Assembly: GCA_965237675.1 (NCBI GenBank) | Contig: OZ250150.1 | Coordinates: forward strand, 4,128,001 to 4,192,000 | Direction: 5' to 3' | DNA length: 64,000 nt | Origin: Candidatus Latescibacterota bacterium | GTDB lineage: Bacteria; Latescibacterota; UBA2968; GCA-2709665 | Shown: positions 30,769 to 41,197 of the stretch, in pieces | How the letters are laid out: each line of letters starts with the position of its first letter | Numbering within the stretch: position 1 is the stretch's first letter | Position numbers and translations under genes: made by a program | Notes under the pieces: model-generated | What the model saw: only the letters and a program-made list of their open reading frames with translations | The model's database searches: none | Told to the model about the DNA's origin: nothing

Positions 30769-32154
30769 ATGACATACGACGTCGTCGTCATCGGAGGAGG
30801 CAGCGCGGGTTACGCCGCCGCACGTGTCGCCGCAGACAGAGGCGCAAACGTCGCCATTGTGGACAAAGGACCACTCGGCGGTCTGTGCATCCTGCGCGGC
30901 TGCATGCCCTCCAAGACACTACTGCGCAGTTCCGATCTTTTCTCGCTGATGCAACGGGCCGGAGAGTTCGGCCTGAATGCCCGGGACATATCGCCGGATC
31001 TGGCCGCCATCAACGACCGAAAACGTGCACTCGTCGACGAATTTGCGGAATACAGGGTCGATCAACTCAACAGTTCGAGATTCACACTGATAAGCGGCCG
31101 AGCCCGGTTCGAAACCCCGCACTCCGTACGCGTCGGCTCAAAAAGGATCTCCGGACGGAGTTTTGTTATCGCCGTGGGCTCCGTTGTCAATCGGATCCCC
31201 ATACCCGGGCTTGAAAATGCCGGCTACCTCACCAGCGACGACATCCTGGAACTCCGAGAACTTCCCGAATCCGTCATTGTGATGGGCGGAGGCGCCGTAG
31301 CGACCGAACTGGGCCAATTTCTGTGCCGGATGGGTGCCTGCACCACACTGATACAGAGGAATAGACAGCTCATCAGCGCCTGTGATCCGGACATGGTTCT
31401 GCCCGTGGAATCCCGATTCAGAGAAGAAGGAATGCGGGTCTATACCGATACACAACTCCAACGCTTCACCCGCAGGAACGGGCGTATCACTGCACAATTT
31501 CTGCATCACGGAAAAATGCGCACGGCCTCGGCCGAGGTCGTCTTCAACGCAATGGGCCGTATTCCGGACCTGGCCGACCTGGAACTGGAACGCGCAGGCG
31601 TCAACGTTGAAGACGGACGAATTGCCGCAAACGATCGGATGCAGACCAGCGCGGAACACATCTACGCCGCAGGAGACTGTGTGGGTCCGTACGAAATCGT
31701 ACATATTGCGGTGCTGCAGGGTGAAATCTCCGGTCATAATGCCGTAGCGGGAAAGCCGGTGAAAACGATCGACTATCGACTTCGAACGTCAGTCGTATTC
31801 ACCGACCCTCAGGTGGCCTCTGTCGGCCCGACCGAAAGAGAATGCCGGGCAGCCGGCGTTGCATACCTTTCGGGCAAATATCCGTTCAGCGATCACGGTA
31901 AGTCGATGGTGATGGGAGAAACGCATGGCGCTGTCAAGATCCTATGCGATCCCGGCAGCGGGGAGCTTATTGCCGGTCATATAACGGGCCCCGACGCTTC
32001 CGAACTCATCCATGAACTCGTCGCGGTGATTTACTACCGGGGCACCGTCTTCGACCTCCTCGAAATGCCACACTACCATCCCACGCTCGCCGAAATCATC
32101 ACGTATCCCGCCGAAGAACTGAGCGAACGTTTGAAGCGGGTGAAACACGAATAG
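30769..32154 (+). CDS. Class-I pyridine nucleotide-disulfide oxidoreductase (dihydrolipoyl dehydrogenase-like)
   Basis: GGGSAG, GGLCILRGCMPSK redox disulfide, YAAGD, HPTLAE; no MerA C-terminal Cys-Cys. Confidence 0.88.
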   Translation: MTYDVVVIGGGSAGYAAARVAADRGANVAIVDKGPLGGLCILRGCMPSKTLLRSSDLFSLMQRAGEFGLNARDISPDLAAINDRKRALVDEFAEYRVDQLNSSRFTLISGRARFETPHSVRVGSKRISGRSFVIAVGSVVNRIPIPGLENAGYLTSDDILELRELPESVIVMGGGAVATELGQFLCRMGACTTLIQRNRQLISACDPDMVLPVESRFREEGMRVYTDTQLQRFTRRNGRITAQFLHHGKMRTASAEVVFNAMGRIPDLADLELERAGVNVEDGRIAANDRMQTSAEHIYAAGDCVGPYEIVHIAVLQGEISGHNAVAGKPVKTIDYRLRTSVVFTDPQVASVGPTERECRAAGVAYLSGKYPFSDHGKSMVMGETHGAVKILCDPGSGELIAGHITGPDASELIHELVAVIYYRGTVFDLLEMPHYHPTLAEIITYPAEELSERLKRVKHE

Positions 32155-33541
32155 GCGACCGTTCGCCCTCAGCCTGCTTTTTTCGTCCGATATCGGCAAG
32201 ACGGTGCACAAAGAAAACCGTTAAGGGTACGAAAAACATGGCGATCCAGAACATCGGCCGATATGAAATCCATGCCACCAGCGCACCGGCCAACACCGGG
32301 AGAAACCCCTGTGGCAGCGCAAACATATTCAGGAAACTGGTATACGTGGGCCGGCGTTTCTCCGGCGCGAGTTCGAGCACATAGCCCATTCGGCCGTTGA
32401 ACATAGCGCTACTGGCAAAACCCGAAAAAACAAACGTCAGCGCATAAAAGACAACCTGCACGTCGAATGCCCACCCGATCCCCCAATCCGAAAGGGGCGC
32501 GATCGACCGGGACGGCACATACCTTGCCAGCAACGGGACGGCAACCGACAACGACATCAGATAAGAACCGCAGACCAGCAACGCCCGATTGCCTTTCCGA
32601 TGCCCCACATGAGCCCACAACACGTTCGACAGAACCGTGCTCACCTGCATCACAGAAACGAAAACACCGACGTAGAACAGTCCCAAACCCAGGTCCGTGA
32701 TCGCGTACGGCACGTAAAAGGTCGAACCCATCATAATAAACGACCACAGAAGTTGCATCCCGCACAAACGCCTGTAGTTGGCATCGTTCTTCAGAAGCCG
32801 CAGCCCGCTGCTCAAGTAGGTCGACAGCGGTTGTCGAAGGTGCCGTACGGGGCCGACCGGCTCACGAATCCTGCTGAAGACGAAGACCGCAAGCCCATTG
32901 CCCAATCCCGCCAGCAGAAACAGCATTGCATAGTTCGATGGAAATAAAATTCCGCTTCGGTCGCTGAGCACGAAAGAAATCACCCCGCCAGCGGCCAAGG
33001 CGGTGATCCCGCCGCACAGCCGACGTACCGCGAAAAGACGCGCCCGGTCTCCGTGCGGGACCACCTTTCCTACAATATCCATCCAAGGGACGTTCCATAT
33101 ACCCATCATGGATGTGGAAATCGCATAAAGGATCATAAAACAACACAGAAAAAAAAAGGGCTGACGACCACCGATAAGGTACGTCAGCCCTGCGATCACC
33201 ACCCAGACGGAACTGCGAAGCCAGCCAGCCAGGAGCAAGAACGGCATCTTGCGTTTTCTGTTTTCAATGATCCGGGATATAAATACCTGTGGCCAGGCCC
33301 ACCCGATCCGCATCAGCGCGCCGGCCAGGCCGACTGCGATGCTGGAGGACGTCAGCGACTGCACAAATGCCGGCAAGAGCATATCCGAACTGGCCAACGT
33401 CATCGCCATGAAGACCAGCCCGCCGTTCAAGATCAACAGCCGGCTGTTCCGGCGGGCTTCCGCCGGATCCGGTTCCTCGGGCTCAGCTTCCGCCCGCCTC
33501 CAGTGCGCAGATGAAAATTCTCTCATACCGCACGTTTCCAT
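32099..33541 (-). CDS. MFS transporter
   Basis: About 12 hydrophobic segments; convergent overlap with the oxidoreductase 3' end. Confidence 0.82.
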   Translation of the reverse strand: METCGMREFSSAHWRRAEAEPEEPDPAEARRNSRLLILNGGLVFMAMTLASSDMLLPAFVQSLTSSSIAVGLAGALMRIGWAWPQVFISRIIENRKRKMPFLLLAGWLRSSVWVVIAGLTYLIGGRQPFFFLCCFMILYAISTSMMGIWNVPWMDIVGKVVPHGDRARLFAVRRLCGGITALAAGGVISFVLSDRSGILFPSNYAMLFLLAGLGNGLAVFVFSRIREPVGPVRHLRQPLSTYLSSGLRLLKNDANYRRLCGMQLLWSFIMMGSTFYVPYAITDLGLGLFYVGVFVSVMQVSTVLSNVLWAHVGHRKGNRALLVCGSYLMSLSVAVPLLARYVPSRSIAPLSDWGIGWAFDVQVVFYALTFVFSGFASSAMFNGRMGYVLELAPEKRRPTYTSFLNMFALPQGFLPVLAGALVAWISYRPMFWIAMFFVPLTVFFVHRLADIGRKKQAEGERSPIRVSPASNVRSVLRRDT

Positions 33542-33631
33542 CTCTCAAACGCGCCGGTAGCCGGGCCAATCCCCCTCTCATAGGATATCATTCCCGTTAA
33601 TATTACTGCCGTCGGGGCGCGGCTGGTGGTC

Positions 33632-35260
33632 TCAGATTCCAATCGCATAGCCATCCCGCCTTGGATCCGCACCCCCCATCATCGCGCTGCTTTCCGGATC
33701 CACGGCAATGCCCTGAGCGCCGCCGGTAATGGGGGAGAATGCATCGACAACGTCTATCTGATGCCCGCGACGAACCAGGCCGGATCGGATATCGGGCGGT
33801 ACGCGGGACTCCATATATACGCGCGTGCCCGGATGTTGAAAACGAAACCTTGGAGCCTCGATCGCCGCCTGGATGTTCATCCCGTAATCCAGAAAATTGG
33901 TTGTGAATTGGGTCGTCGTCTGTTGAATTCCCCAACTTCCGGGCGTGCCCAGAACTGCCACAAGGCTGCCGCCTTTAAAGATCTGGCACGGCGAAAGACA
34001 CATATCGATCTTCTTATGGGGTTCGATCCGATTGGGGCTGCCGGGCGCCGTGTCCGCCCATTTGATGAAATTGTTCAGGAACATGCCGGTCTTCCCCAGA
34101 ATCGCGCCCGATCCGAATCCGGAGCCGAGGCTCTGCGTAACGGCCACGGCGTTGCCCGCGGCATCGACCACGTCGAAGTGCGTCGTGCAATCGTTGAGCC
34201 ACGCGCCCGGCTTCCCCGGCGGCACCTCACCCGGCAATCTGGCCATCGTATAATATTCACCCTGGTTCGCCGCGGCACGCTCTCCAATCAGCGCCCTGCG
34301 CTCCTCAGCATATGCCTTTGATAGCAATCCGTCCAAAGGGGCGTCCTGCGCCGCGGCATAGGCAACCCGGTCGGAGTTGCCCAGCTTCAGGACCTCGATG
34401 AACTGGTGGAGCGCCTCCTCCGAATGATGGCCCATATCCCGCAGATCGTATCCCTCGAGCATGTTGAGCGCCTGCAGGATGTGAAAGCCGGCGCTTGGAG
34501 GCGGCGGGCAGTACACCCGGTAACCGCGGTAGGATGTTGAAATGGCATCCTCCCATTCAACCTCAAAATCCGCAAGGTCTCTCCCGGAAAGCAGACCGCC
34601 TTCGGCCTGTACATACCCGGAAATCTCCTTCGCCACGTCGCCCCTGTAAAAAATCTCCGCACCCCCTTCGACCACCCTCCGGAATGTCCCCGCGAGGTCC
34701 TTTTGGATCAGAACTTCACCCGGAAGCGGCGCCCGCCCCCTGCTTAGCATCACCTCGGCGCCCGTCGGCCGCATTCGGGGAACGGCATCTTTCATGAATT
34801 TGGCGTTTTTCACCGTAGCCGCGAAGCCGTTCTCCGCCAATTCGATTGCAGGTCCGAATACGGTTGCCCGGTCCATCGTTCCATACCTCTCAAGAAGCTC
34901 CAGCCATCCTCCGCAGGCCCCTGGAACCAGACACGACATCACGCCGCCGTCCTGCATATCGGTTGTCGGGAACGCCTCCGAGGTGGCGTCGTGCGGTGTG
35001 CGTCCGCAATAATCCAAAACACGCACGCGTCTTTCCGCGGCGCAATAGATGAGCGCATAACCTACCCCGGCAATGCCCGACATATACGGCTCGACGACAT
35101 TGAGCGCCGCCGCGACAGCAACCGCCGCGTCGAACGCATTGCCCTGCTCAAGGAGCATGCGAACCCCGGCGAGGCTTGCCAACGGATGTGCGCTGGCAAC
35201 CATTCCCCGGGTGCCAGTGACCGTGGATCGATGCACGTTTCCAACAGATGCAAAAGCCAT
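33632..35260 (-). CDS. ggt: Gamma-glutamyltransferase family protein (no signal peptide)
   Basis: GNAFDAAVA, SGIAG, PPPS, TTHFDVVD (Ntn Thr), LGTPG, GGADPRRDG. Confidence 0.93.
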   Translation of the reverse strand: MAFASVGNVHRSTVTGTRGMVASAHPLASLAGVRMLLEQGNAFDAAVAVAAALNVVEPYMSGIAGVGYALIYCAAERRVRVLDYCGRTPHDATSEAFPTTDMQDGGVMSCLVPGACGGWLELLERYGTMDRATVFGPAIELAENGFAATVKNAKFMKDAVPRMRPTGAEVMLSRGRAPLPGEVLIQKDLAGTFRRVVEGGAEIFYRGDVAKEISGYVQAEGGLLSGRDLADFEVEWEDAISTSYRGYRVYCPPPPSAGFHILQALNMLEGYDLRDMGHHSEEALHQFIEVLKLGNSDRVAYAAAQDAPLDGLLSKAYAEERRALIGERAAANQGEYYTMARLPGEVPPGKPGAWLNDCTTHFDVVDAAGNAVAVTQSLGSGFGSGAILGKTGMFLNNFIKWADTAPGSPNRIEPHKKIDMCLSPCQIFKGGSLVAVLGTPGSWGIQQTTTQFTTNFLDYGMNIQAAIEAPRFRFQHPGTRVYMESRVPPDIRSGLVRRGHQIDVVDAFSPITGGAQGIAVDPESSAMMGGADPRRDGYAIGI

Positions 35261-35601
35261 TGATTTTATTCCTTAACCGATAGGTCCTTCGGGTTGTCGG
35301 ATCAGCTAGGGGCCTGGTACACCGCTGCCGTTCCATCGTGAAATGGAACTTGTGTTTTTGAGACGTTTCGGAACAATCCGCAAGGCTTCCAAATCCGAAA
35401 CGGGCTGTCAAATCGCGTGCCACGCCAACCACTCGATACGCGGAAGATAGGCTAACGGAGTCTGGAAGTCAATGGCCGTTTCCCGGTCTCATCCGCCACG
35501 TTTCTGCTTGACAAAGCGAGGCTATCATGGCTTCTTATACGATTCCCGTCCATTCACCCGTGCCAGGGTCGTGCGTGGCCCCCACGTCATACAAACGCCC
35601 C

Positions 35602-36633
35602 ATGAATCGAAAATTACCACTGATACAAACCAGCGTGATCGGAAGCTACGCGCTGCCGGGTTGGCTCTGGGCGGCCGTGGATCAAATCGATGAGGGCAAC
35701 TTCGGTCCCACCGATATCCGGGAAACCTTCGATGATGCCGTCCAACTCGCAATGCTGGATCAGCGAAGAGCGGGTGTGGATGTCATCTCGGATGGCGAGA
35801 TGCGGCGCTGGTATTTCGTACAGAGCTTCTACCGCCGCTTCAAGGGACTTGCGTCCAGGCCGACACTTCGACGAATGGGCGTCTACGGTTACGACAGCGT
35901 ACCGCGGTGGTGGCCGGAAGAACGGATTCAGGTGCCCGATGGCCTGGGTATTGTCGAGGAGTTTCAATTCGCCAGGTCCGTCACGGATCATCCGATAAAA
36001 GCCACCTGCCCCGGTCCGCTTACGCTGACCATACACATCCAGCTTAAAGACGACCACATTTACAGAGACCGAATCGAACTCGCGTACGAGTTCGCGGGAG
36101 TGGTAAACAACGAACTCAAACGCCTCGTTGACGCAGGGGCGGAATTCATTCAGCTTGACGAACCCTCATTTTCCATTGTACCCGGAGACGCCCGCAGCTG
36201 GATTGACCTGTTCAATGAAACCGTAAAGGGCGTTAACGCCAAGATCGGTCTGCACATCTGTTTCGGAAACCTGGGCAGCCGCCCGCGGGGCAAACGCAGA
36301 TACGACTGGATGCTCGACGACATCCTTCGCGCCGACGCCGAACAGATCTCCCTGGAATTTGCGAACCGGGAACTTGTGGAACTGGAACTTTGCGGGGAAA
36401 TCGCTAAGGTGAAGGAGGTCGCCGCCGGCCTGGTCGACATTAAATCCTTTTATGTGGAAACGCCCGAGGATGTCGCAGAACGGGTGCGACTGACCCTCCA
36501 ACACGTCCCGCCGGAAAAACTGACCGTCACGCCGGACTGCGGTTTCTTTCAGTTGCCCAGATGGCTGGCCTTTCAGAAACTCCGGAATATGGTTCAAGGC
36601 GTCAAAATCGTCCGCAGGGAATTGGGAGGATAG
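35602..36633 (+). CDS. Cobalamin-independent methionine synthase II family (single-barrel)
   Basis: SDGEMRR, IQLDEP, HICFGN, LEFA, PDCG zinc-ligand motifs. Confidence 0.9.
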   Translation: MNRKLPLIQTSVIGSYALPGWLWAAVDQIDEGNFGPTDIRETFDDAVQLAMLDQRRAGVDVISDGEMRRWYFVQSFYRRFKGLASRPTLRRMGVYGYDSVPRWWPEERIQVPDGLGIVEEFQFARSVTDHPIKATCPGPLTLTIHIQLKDDHIYRDRIELAYEFAGVVNNELKRLVDAGAEFIQLDEPSFSIVPGDARSWIDLFNETVKGVNAKIGLHICFGNLGSRPRGKRRYDWMLDDILRADAEQISLEFANRELVELELCGEIAKVKEVAAGLVDIKSFYVETPEDVAERVRLTLQHVPPEKLTVTPDCGFFQLPRWLAFQKLRNMVQGVKIVRRELGG

Positions 36634-36747
36634 GCATGCCAACGCCCGACCCCAGAAAGAGGGGTTCGTATCCGGAACGAAGTCCGATGCCGTTTTTTCT
36701 GTATCCCGTGTCCCCGCCCCGGACGGAGACATGTAGAGGAGCGTAAC

Positions 36748-37872
36748 ATGGATGTGGTTGAAGTCACTGCCGACCTGGTTTCTTACAACTCTGCCAGTCA
36801 GTTCAGTAATACACCGGTATCCAAGGCTATTTCCAGATGGATGTGCCAGGCGGGCATGTCGGTCGAATTCGTCAATTACAAGGACCACGAGGGCACGCCA
36901 AAAACAAACGTCATCGGGAAAAAAGGCAGGGGGCAAGGGGGCATTGCCCTGCTCGCCCATTCAGACGTGGTTCCTGCCGAAGGATGGGATTCGGATCCGT
37001 TCAAGCTTACGGCCAGACAGGGCAGGCTTTACGGCCGAGGCAGTGCCGATATGAAGGGGTCCGTCGCCTGTATGATCGCGGCCGCGAACGCCTTCACCGA
37101 AAAAGAACTCAAGGTTCCTGTCTACGTGATCGTCACCGCCGACGAAGAAACCGACTGCGGCGGCGCCAGGGCCGTCGCCCTAAGATCGAAAACGCTCAAG
37201 TCGTCCAAGATCCGCTACGGTATCGTCGGCGAACCCACGCTCCTCGACGTGGTATATGCCCACAAGGGCTCGCTCAAATTCGAAGCGATGGCACGGGGCA
37301 GAGCAGCACACAGCAGTACCGGAAAGGGTGTGAACGCGAATCACAAACTCATCCCGTTTTTGAACGACGTTGTCAGACTGGACGATACCTTGCGCACCGA
37401 TCCCCGGTTTCGAAACGAGGCGTTCGATCCACCACACGGAACACTGAATATTGTCTTTTCCGACGGAGATACGGCCGCAAACGTCACGGCGCCCGTTAGC
37501 CGGGCTGTCATTAACTGTCGTCCCATGCCAGACCAGAACTGGAAACCCATCATCAATCGCGTGGAACGCCTGGCGGAAAAACATGGTGTCCAGGTTAAAT
37601 TGCCGAAAGCCCTGGATCCGCTCAGCACGAACACGGATTCTCCGATTGTGCGGGAAGCGCTTCAGATCACAGGCACGAGGAAGCCCAGGACCGTCGCCTA
37701 CGGAACGGATGGCATGGTATTTGGAAAGACGATGGAACTGGTCGTTATGGGACCTGGCAATATCCAGCAGGCGCACACAGTGGATGAATGGATCGCCACG
37801 GATCAACTCCTCATGGGTTTGGACGTCTTCACAAAAATGGTACATCGTTTCTGCATCGAAAATCCCGTCTGA
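36748..37872 (+). CDS. argE: M20 acetylornithine deacetylase-like metallopeptidase
   Basis: HSDVVP, YGRGSADMKG, ADEE, GEPT, GPGNIQQAHTVDE. Confidence 0.85.
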   Translation: MDVVEVTADLVSYNSASQFSNTPVSKAISRWMCQAGMSVEFVNYKDHEGTPKTNVIGKKGRGQGGIALLAHSDVVPAEGWDSDPFKLTARQGRLYGRGSADMKGSVACMIAAANAFTEKELKVPVYVIVTADEETDCGGARAVALRSKTLKSSKIRYGIVGEPTLLDVVYAHKGSLKFEAMARGRAAHSSTGKGVNANHKLIPFLNDVVRLDDTLRTDPRFRNEAFDPPHGTLNIVFSDGDTAANVTAPVSRAVINCRPMPDQNWKPIINRVERLAEKHGVQVKLPKALDPLSTNTDSPIVREALQITGTRKPRTVAYGTDGMVFGKTMELVVMGPGNIQQAHTVDEWIATDQLLMGLDVFTKMVHRFCIENPV

Positions 37873-37992
37873 TAATCGTGACTCGGGGAAGGTCGTCGGT
37901 GAGGCACACGGTTGGTCTATGGGTCCGGCACCGCACGACAGTTCACCTGGAACAGGAACGGCTTCTCTCGACCAAGACGAGGAGGACATTGG

Positions 37993-38553
37993 ATGTTTGA
38001 GACCCTGACCCGCGCACTGCTCGTCGGATTGGCGGTTTCGCTGATCATAGGTTGCGCCGACGAAACACAATACCAATTCGGATTTCGCGGCAAATGGCAA
38101 CTGGAAAGTCGACGGATGCCAGACGGGGAAATACTGCAACCGCCTTCTGTAAGTGGTCATTACGAATGGTACCCCACGGGCACGACCACGGCTCATGTCA
38201 CGGCCTCGATCTCTCTGGGCCAGGATCAGATCCAGGTTTCGGGTTACACCTACGGCTTTCAGTCGGAAGCCGTCGAATCGCAATCTTTCACCCAGGACGT
38301 ATATCTGGACATCGGCGGCGGCTACAGTACATCACCTCAAGAAACTTATAACGCGTCCGACAAAACCACAACCGGTGACATGGTCGTCAACGGTAACCAC
38401 GTCACCCTTCAAAATACAGACGGCGCAACCTACGTGTACGAAGACATCAGCATTGCAGCGATCGATAGTGTCGTCTTCAGAGCCACCTTTAAAGACGGCA
38501 CCATGGACACCTGGCGGCGATTTGCGGACCAACTGGGGGTACTGCCGAAGTAA
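37993..38553 (+). CDS. Hypothetical lipoprotein, possibly lipocalin-like
   Basis: GGAGG RBS; lipobox LIIGC; FRGKWQL GxW motif; beta-rich. Confidence 0.65.
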   Translation: MFETLTRALLVGLAVSLIIGCADETQYQFGFRGKWQLESRRMPDGEILQPPSVSGHYEWYPTGTTTAHVTASISLGQDQIQVSGYTYGFQSEAVESQSFTQDVYLDIGGGYSTSPQETYNASDKTTTGDMVVNGNHVTLQNTDGATYVYEDISIAAIDSVVFRATFKDGTMDTWRRFADQLGVLPK

Positions 38554-38586
38554 ATCCGCTACTTGGCTTGACCATGTAAACACCGC

Positions 38587-38615
38587 AGGGGCGCGTACAG
38601 AGTCAACGCGCCCCT
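38587..38615 (+). terminator. GC-rich hairpin after the lipoprotein gene
   Basis: AGGGGCGCGT-N9-ACGCGCCCCT perfect 10-bp stem, weak T-tract. Confidence 0.4.
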
Positions 38616-38641
38616 CGTGGTTTTCTGGGGACAGGTAGACG

Positions 38642-40183
38642 ATGGACAGGATGTTATTGGGAAAGATTCTTCAAAAAAACGCGCGGGATCCGGGCCTTGG
38701 ACAAAAAACCGCGACAATCTTCGGCAACCGTACCCTCACATATGCCGAGTTGAACGCCCAGACGAACCGCATCGCCAACGGCCTCCTGGACCTCGACATT
38801 CGGAAGGGCGACCGAATCGGCGTTTTGAGTCGAAATTCCGACACCTACATTGCCATCTACTTCGCGCTGGCCAAATTGGGCGCCATTATGGTTCCCGTTA
38901 ATTTTTGGTATCGCAGCCGGGAAATTCACGATACGCTTCAACAGTCCGGCGCCCGTGGCCTGATCGCCCATGGGCGCTTCAAGGACGTCGTTGCCGGTGC
39001 GGGTGTCCTATCCGAACTCGAATGGACGCTCACCATCGACGATACCGGCGGCAGGGGCCTGGAGGACCTGGTGGCGAGATCGTCGGCAACCGAGCCCGAC
39101 CTCGACCTCGACGAGAACGATCCTCACATCATCCTTTATACGAGCGGTACCACGGGGTTTCCCAAGGGCGCTGTCTTCTCGCACAAGAGCCACTACCTGC
39201 AGGCCCTGTCCCTTGCCCTTGCGACCGGTGGGCACGGTAACGATATCGGTGTCGTCGTCTACCCGCTCTTCCACACCGGAGGGCCGGACTGTCTGGTGCT
39301 GCCGCATTTCCTGCTTGGCGGCACCCTGGTGATTCTCGACGGCGCGGATCCGGACGCCATCCTATCGGCCACGGCGCTGCATGGCGTAACCAACATTTTC
39401 TGCGTGCCCACCGTCTGGCGCTGGATTCTTGCGCACCAGCGAAAGAAAAACTACGACATCGATTCCGTACAGCGCTGTCTGGGTTCGTCGGATACCTTCC
39501 CGCCGGCGCTCCTCCAGGACATCCTCGCTACATTCGAAACGGACGTATACGTCACCTACGGTCTCACCGAGGCAGGCTGCATCCTTACGGTATGCCGGCT
39601 CACGGAACACGACCTGGGCAAACTCGGTTCGGTGGGCCGTCCGATTCCGTCAGTTGAACTCAGCCTGGTGGATTCACGCGGCAAGCCGGCGACTCACGGC
39701 GAGGTTGGTGAGGTTGTCGCGAAGACGCCTTCGGCCATGCTCGGATATTGGGATATGCCGGAGAAAACAGCGGAAACGATGGTGGGTGGGTGGCTACGCA
39801 CCGGAGATCTGGGCAGGATTGATAGCGATGGCAGCCTCTTCCTATCGGGCCGGGCAAAGGATTTGATCATCAGTGGCGGCGAGAACATCTATCCATTGGA
39901 AATCGAACGCCTGTTAAAGGAGAATCCGAAGATCCGTGACGCTGCGGTGGTGGGCATCCCCGACAGGGAATGGGGCGAATCCGTATTGGCGGCGGTTGTG
40001 GCGGTTGATGGCGCAGTTCTCACGCCCGATGAGGTCTCCAATTACGTGCGCGCCCGTCTGGCAGGATTCAAAAAACCCAGATGGGTGGAAATCGTCAATG
40101 AACTCCCGGTAACAACCGCCACGGGGAAAGTGCAGAAAGCTGTGTTGAGAGAAAGATTCGCACGGAAATACAGCACCCGATAA
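38642..40183 (+). CDS. AMP-dependent acyl-CoA synthetase / ligase
   Basis: YTSGTTGFPKG, YGLTE, RTGDLG, ISGGENIYP, GKVQK. Confidence 0.93.
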   Translation: MDRMLLGKILQKNARDPGLGQKTATIFGNRTLTYAELNAQTNRIANGLLDLDIRKGDRIGVLSRNSDTYIAIYFALAKLGAIMVPVNFWYRSREIHDTLQQSGARGLIAHGRFKDVVAGAGVLSELEWTLTIDDTGGRGLEDLVARSSATEPDLDLDENDPHIILYTSGTTGFPKGAVFSHKSHYLQALSLALATGGHGNDIGVVVYPLFHTGGPDCLVLPHFLLGGTLVILDGADPDAILSATALHGVTNIFCVPTVWRWILAHQRKKNYDIDSVQRCLGSSDTFPPALLQDILATFETDVYVTYGLTEAGCILTVCRLTEHDLGKLGSVGRPIPSVELSLVDSRGKPATHGEVGEVVAKTPSAMLGYWDMPEKTAETMVGGWLRTGDLGRIDSDGSLFLSGRAKDLIISGGENIYPLEIERLLKENPKIRDAAVVGIPDREWGESVLAAVVAVDGAVLTPDEVSNYVRARLAGFKKPRWVEIVNELPVTTATGKVQKAVLRERFARKYSTR

Positions 40184-40189
40184 CAGGTG

Positions 40190-41092
40190 TCAGCCACCCG
40201 AACGGATCTCTGTCCCGCTCAGATGTTCAGCCGCCCTGCATACGGCGGAGAAATCCAGGTTGCCAGCGCCGAGACCGCTTGCGGCCGCGTACATCTGGTA
40301 GGTTGCCGCGCCGATGGGCATTGGGACATTCAATGCCTTGCCAAGATCCACCCCGATTGCCAGATCCTTCTTCATCAGATCCAGCATAAATCCAGGCGCA
40401 AACGAGTTCGCGAGGAGGAAATCCGATACACGAATCTGAAACAAGGTGGAATTGGCCGAACTCACACTGATCACCTGGCGCATCACTTCGGGGTCCGCGC
40501 CCGCTCGGATGCCCAGGACCATACCCTCTGCGATGGCTGCCATATTGATGCCGCCGATCAGCTGATTGACGATCTTCACGGTCTGCCCGACGCCCACGGA
40601 TCCGACGTGGAAGATATTTTCCTCCTTGCCCATCGCTGTGAACATCCCCCTGCACCGCTCGAAATCCTTCGCCTCTCCACCGGCGATGATCGTCAATGTT
40701 CCGTTGATCGCCCCCATATCTCCCCCACTCACGGGCGCATCCATCACCGCGACACCCGTTGAGCCCGCCTTTTCCGCAATCTCACGAATCGTCAGCGGTG
40801 AAATGGTGCTCATATCCACGATCAGATTTCCCTCGGAAGCACCTTCCAGCACGCCGTTTTCGCCCAGAATCACTTCGCGTACTTCGGGATCCGCCGTTAC
40901 GATCGTAATCACGATTTCCGTGGCTTCCGCCACGGCCGCCGGAGATTCCACCGCTTTGGCGCCCAACCCCTCCATTTCGCGAATGACCTCAGGCCGACGT
41001 GCGTAGATCGTTAGATCGTACCCGGCCTTGATGAGATTGATTGCCATCGGTTTGCCCATGATGCCAAGACCGATAAACCCGACTTTCTCCAT
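40190..41092 (-). CDS. Beta-hydroxyacid dehydrogenase (2-hydroxy-3-oxopropionate reductase / HIBADH family)
   Basis: FIGLGIMGKPMA, DAPVSGG, KIVNQ, MKKDL. Confidence 0.92.
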   Translation of the reverse strand: MEKVGFIGLGIMGKPMAINLIKAGYDLTIYARRPEVIREMEGLGAKAVESPAAVAEATEIVITIVTADPEVREVILGENGVLEGASEGNLIVDMSTISPLTIREIAEKAGSTGVAVMDAPVSGGDMGAINGTLTIIAGGEAKDFERCRGMFTAMGKEENIFHVGSVGVGQTVKIVNQLIGGINMAAIAEGMVLGIRAGADPEVMRQVISVSSANSTLFQIRVSDFLLANSFAPGFMLDLMKKDLAIGVDLGKALNVPMPIGAATYQMYAAASGLGAGNLDFSAVCRAAEHLSGTEIRSGG

Positions 41093-41197
41093 CTGAACCT
41101 CCTCTTGTCTGCTTCCGTATTGGCCGATAACGAGTGTCCCTGCATCCTTTAAGGACGTCAGACGACGGGCCCGGAGTGCGTCGTCGGCTTTCTCCGG

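Noticed and set aside
30769-32154. Mercuric reductase (merA) assignment
   Set aside because: No C-terminal Cys-Cys, no NmerA domain and no mer genes nearby
35281-35526. Possible cobalamin or SAM riboswitch upstream of the metE-like gene
   Set aside because: Only fragmentary resemblance (CCAC...GGAAG); conserved core and B12 box not found. An Rfam cmscan would settle it.
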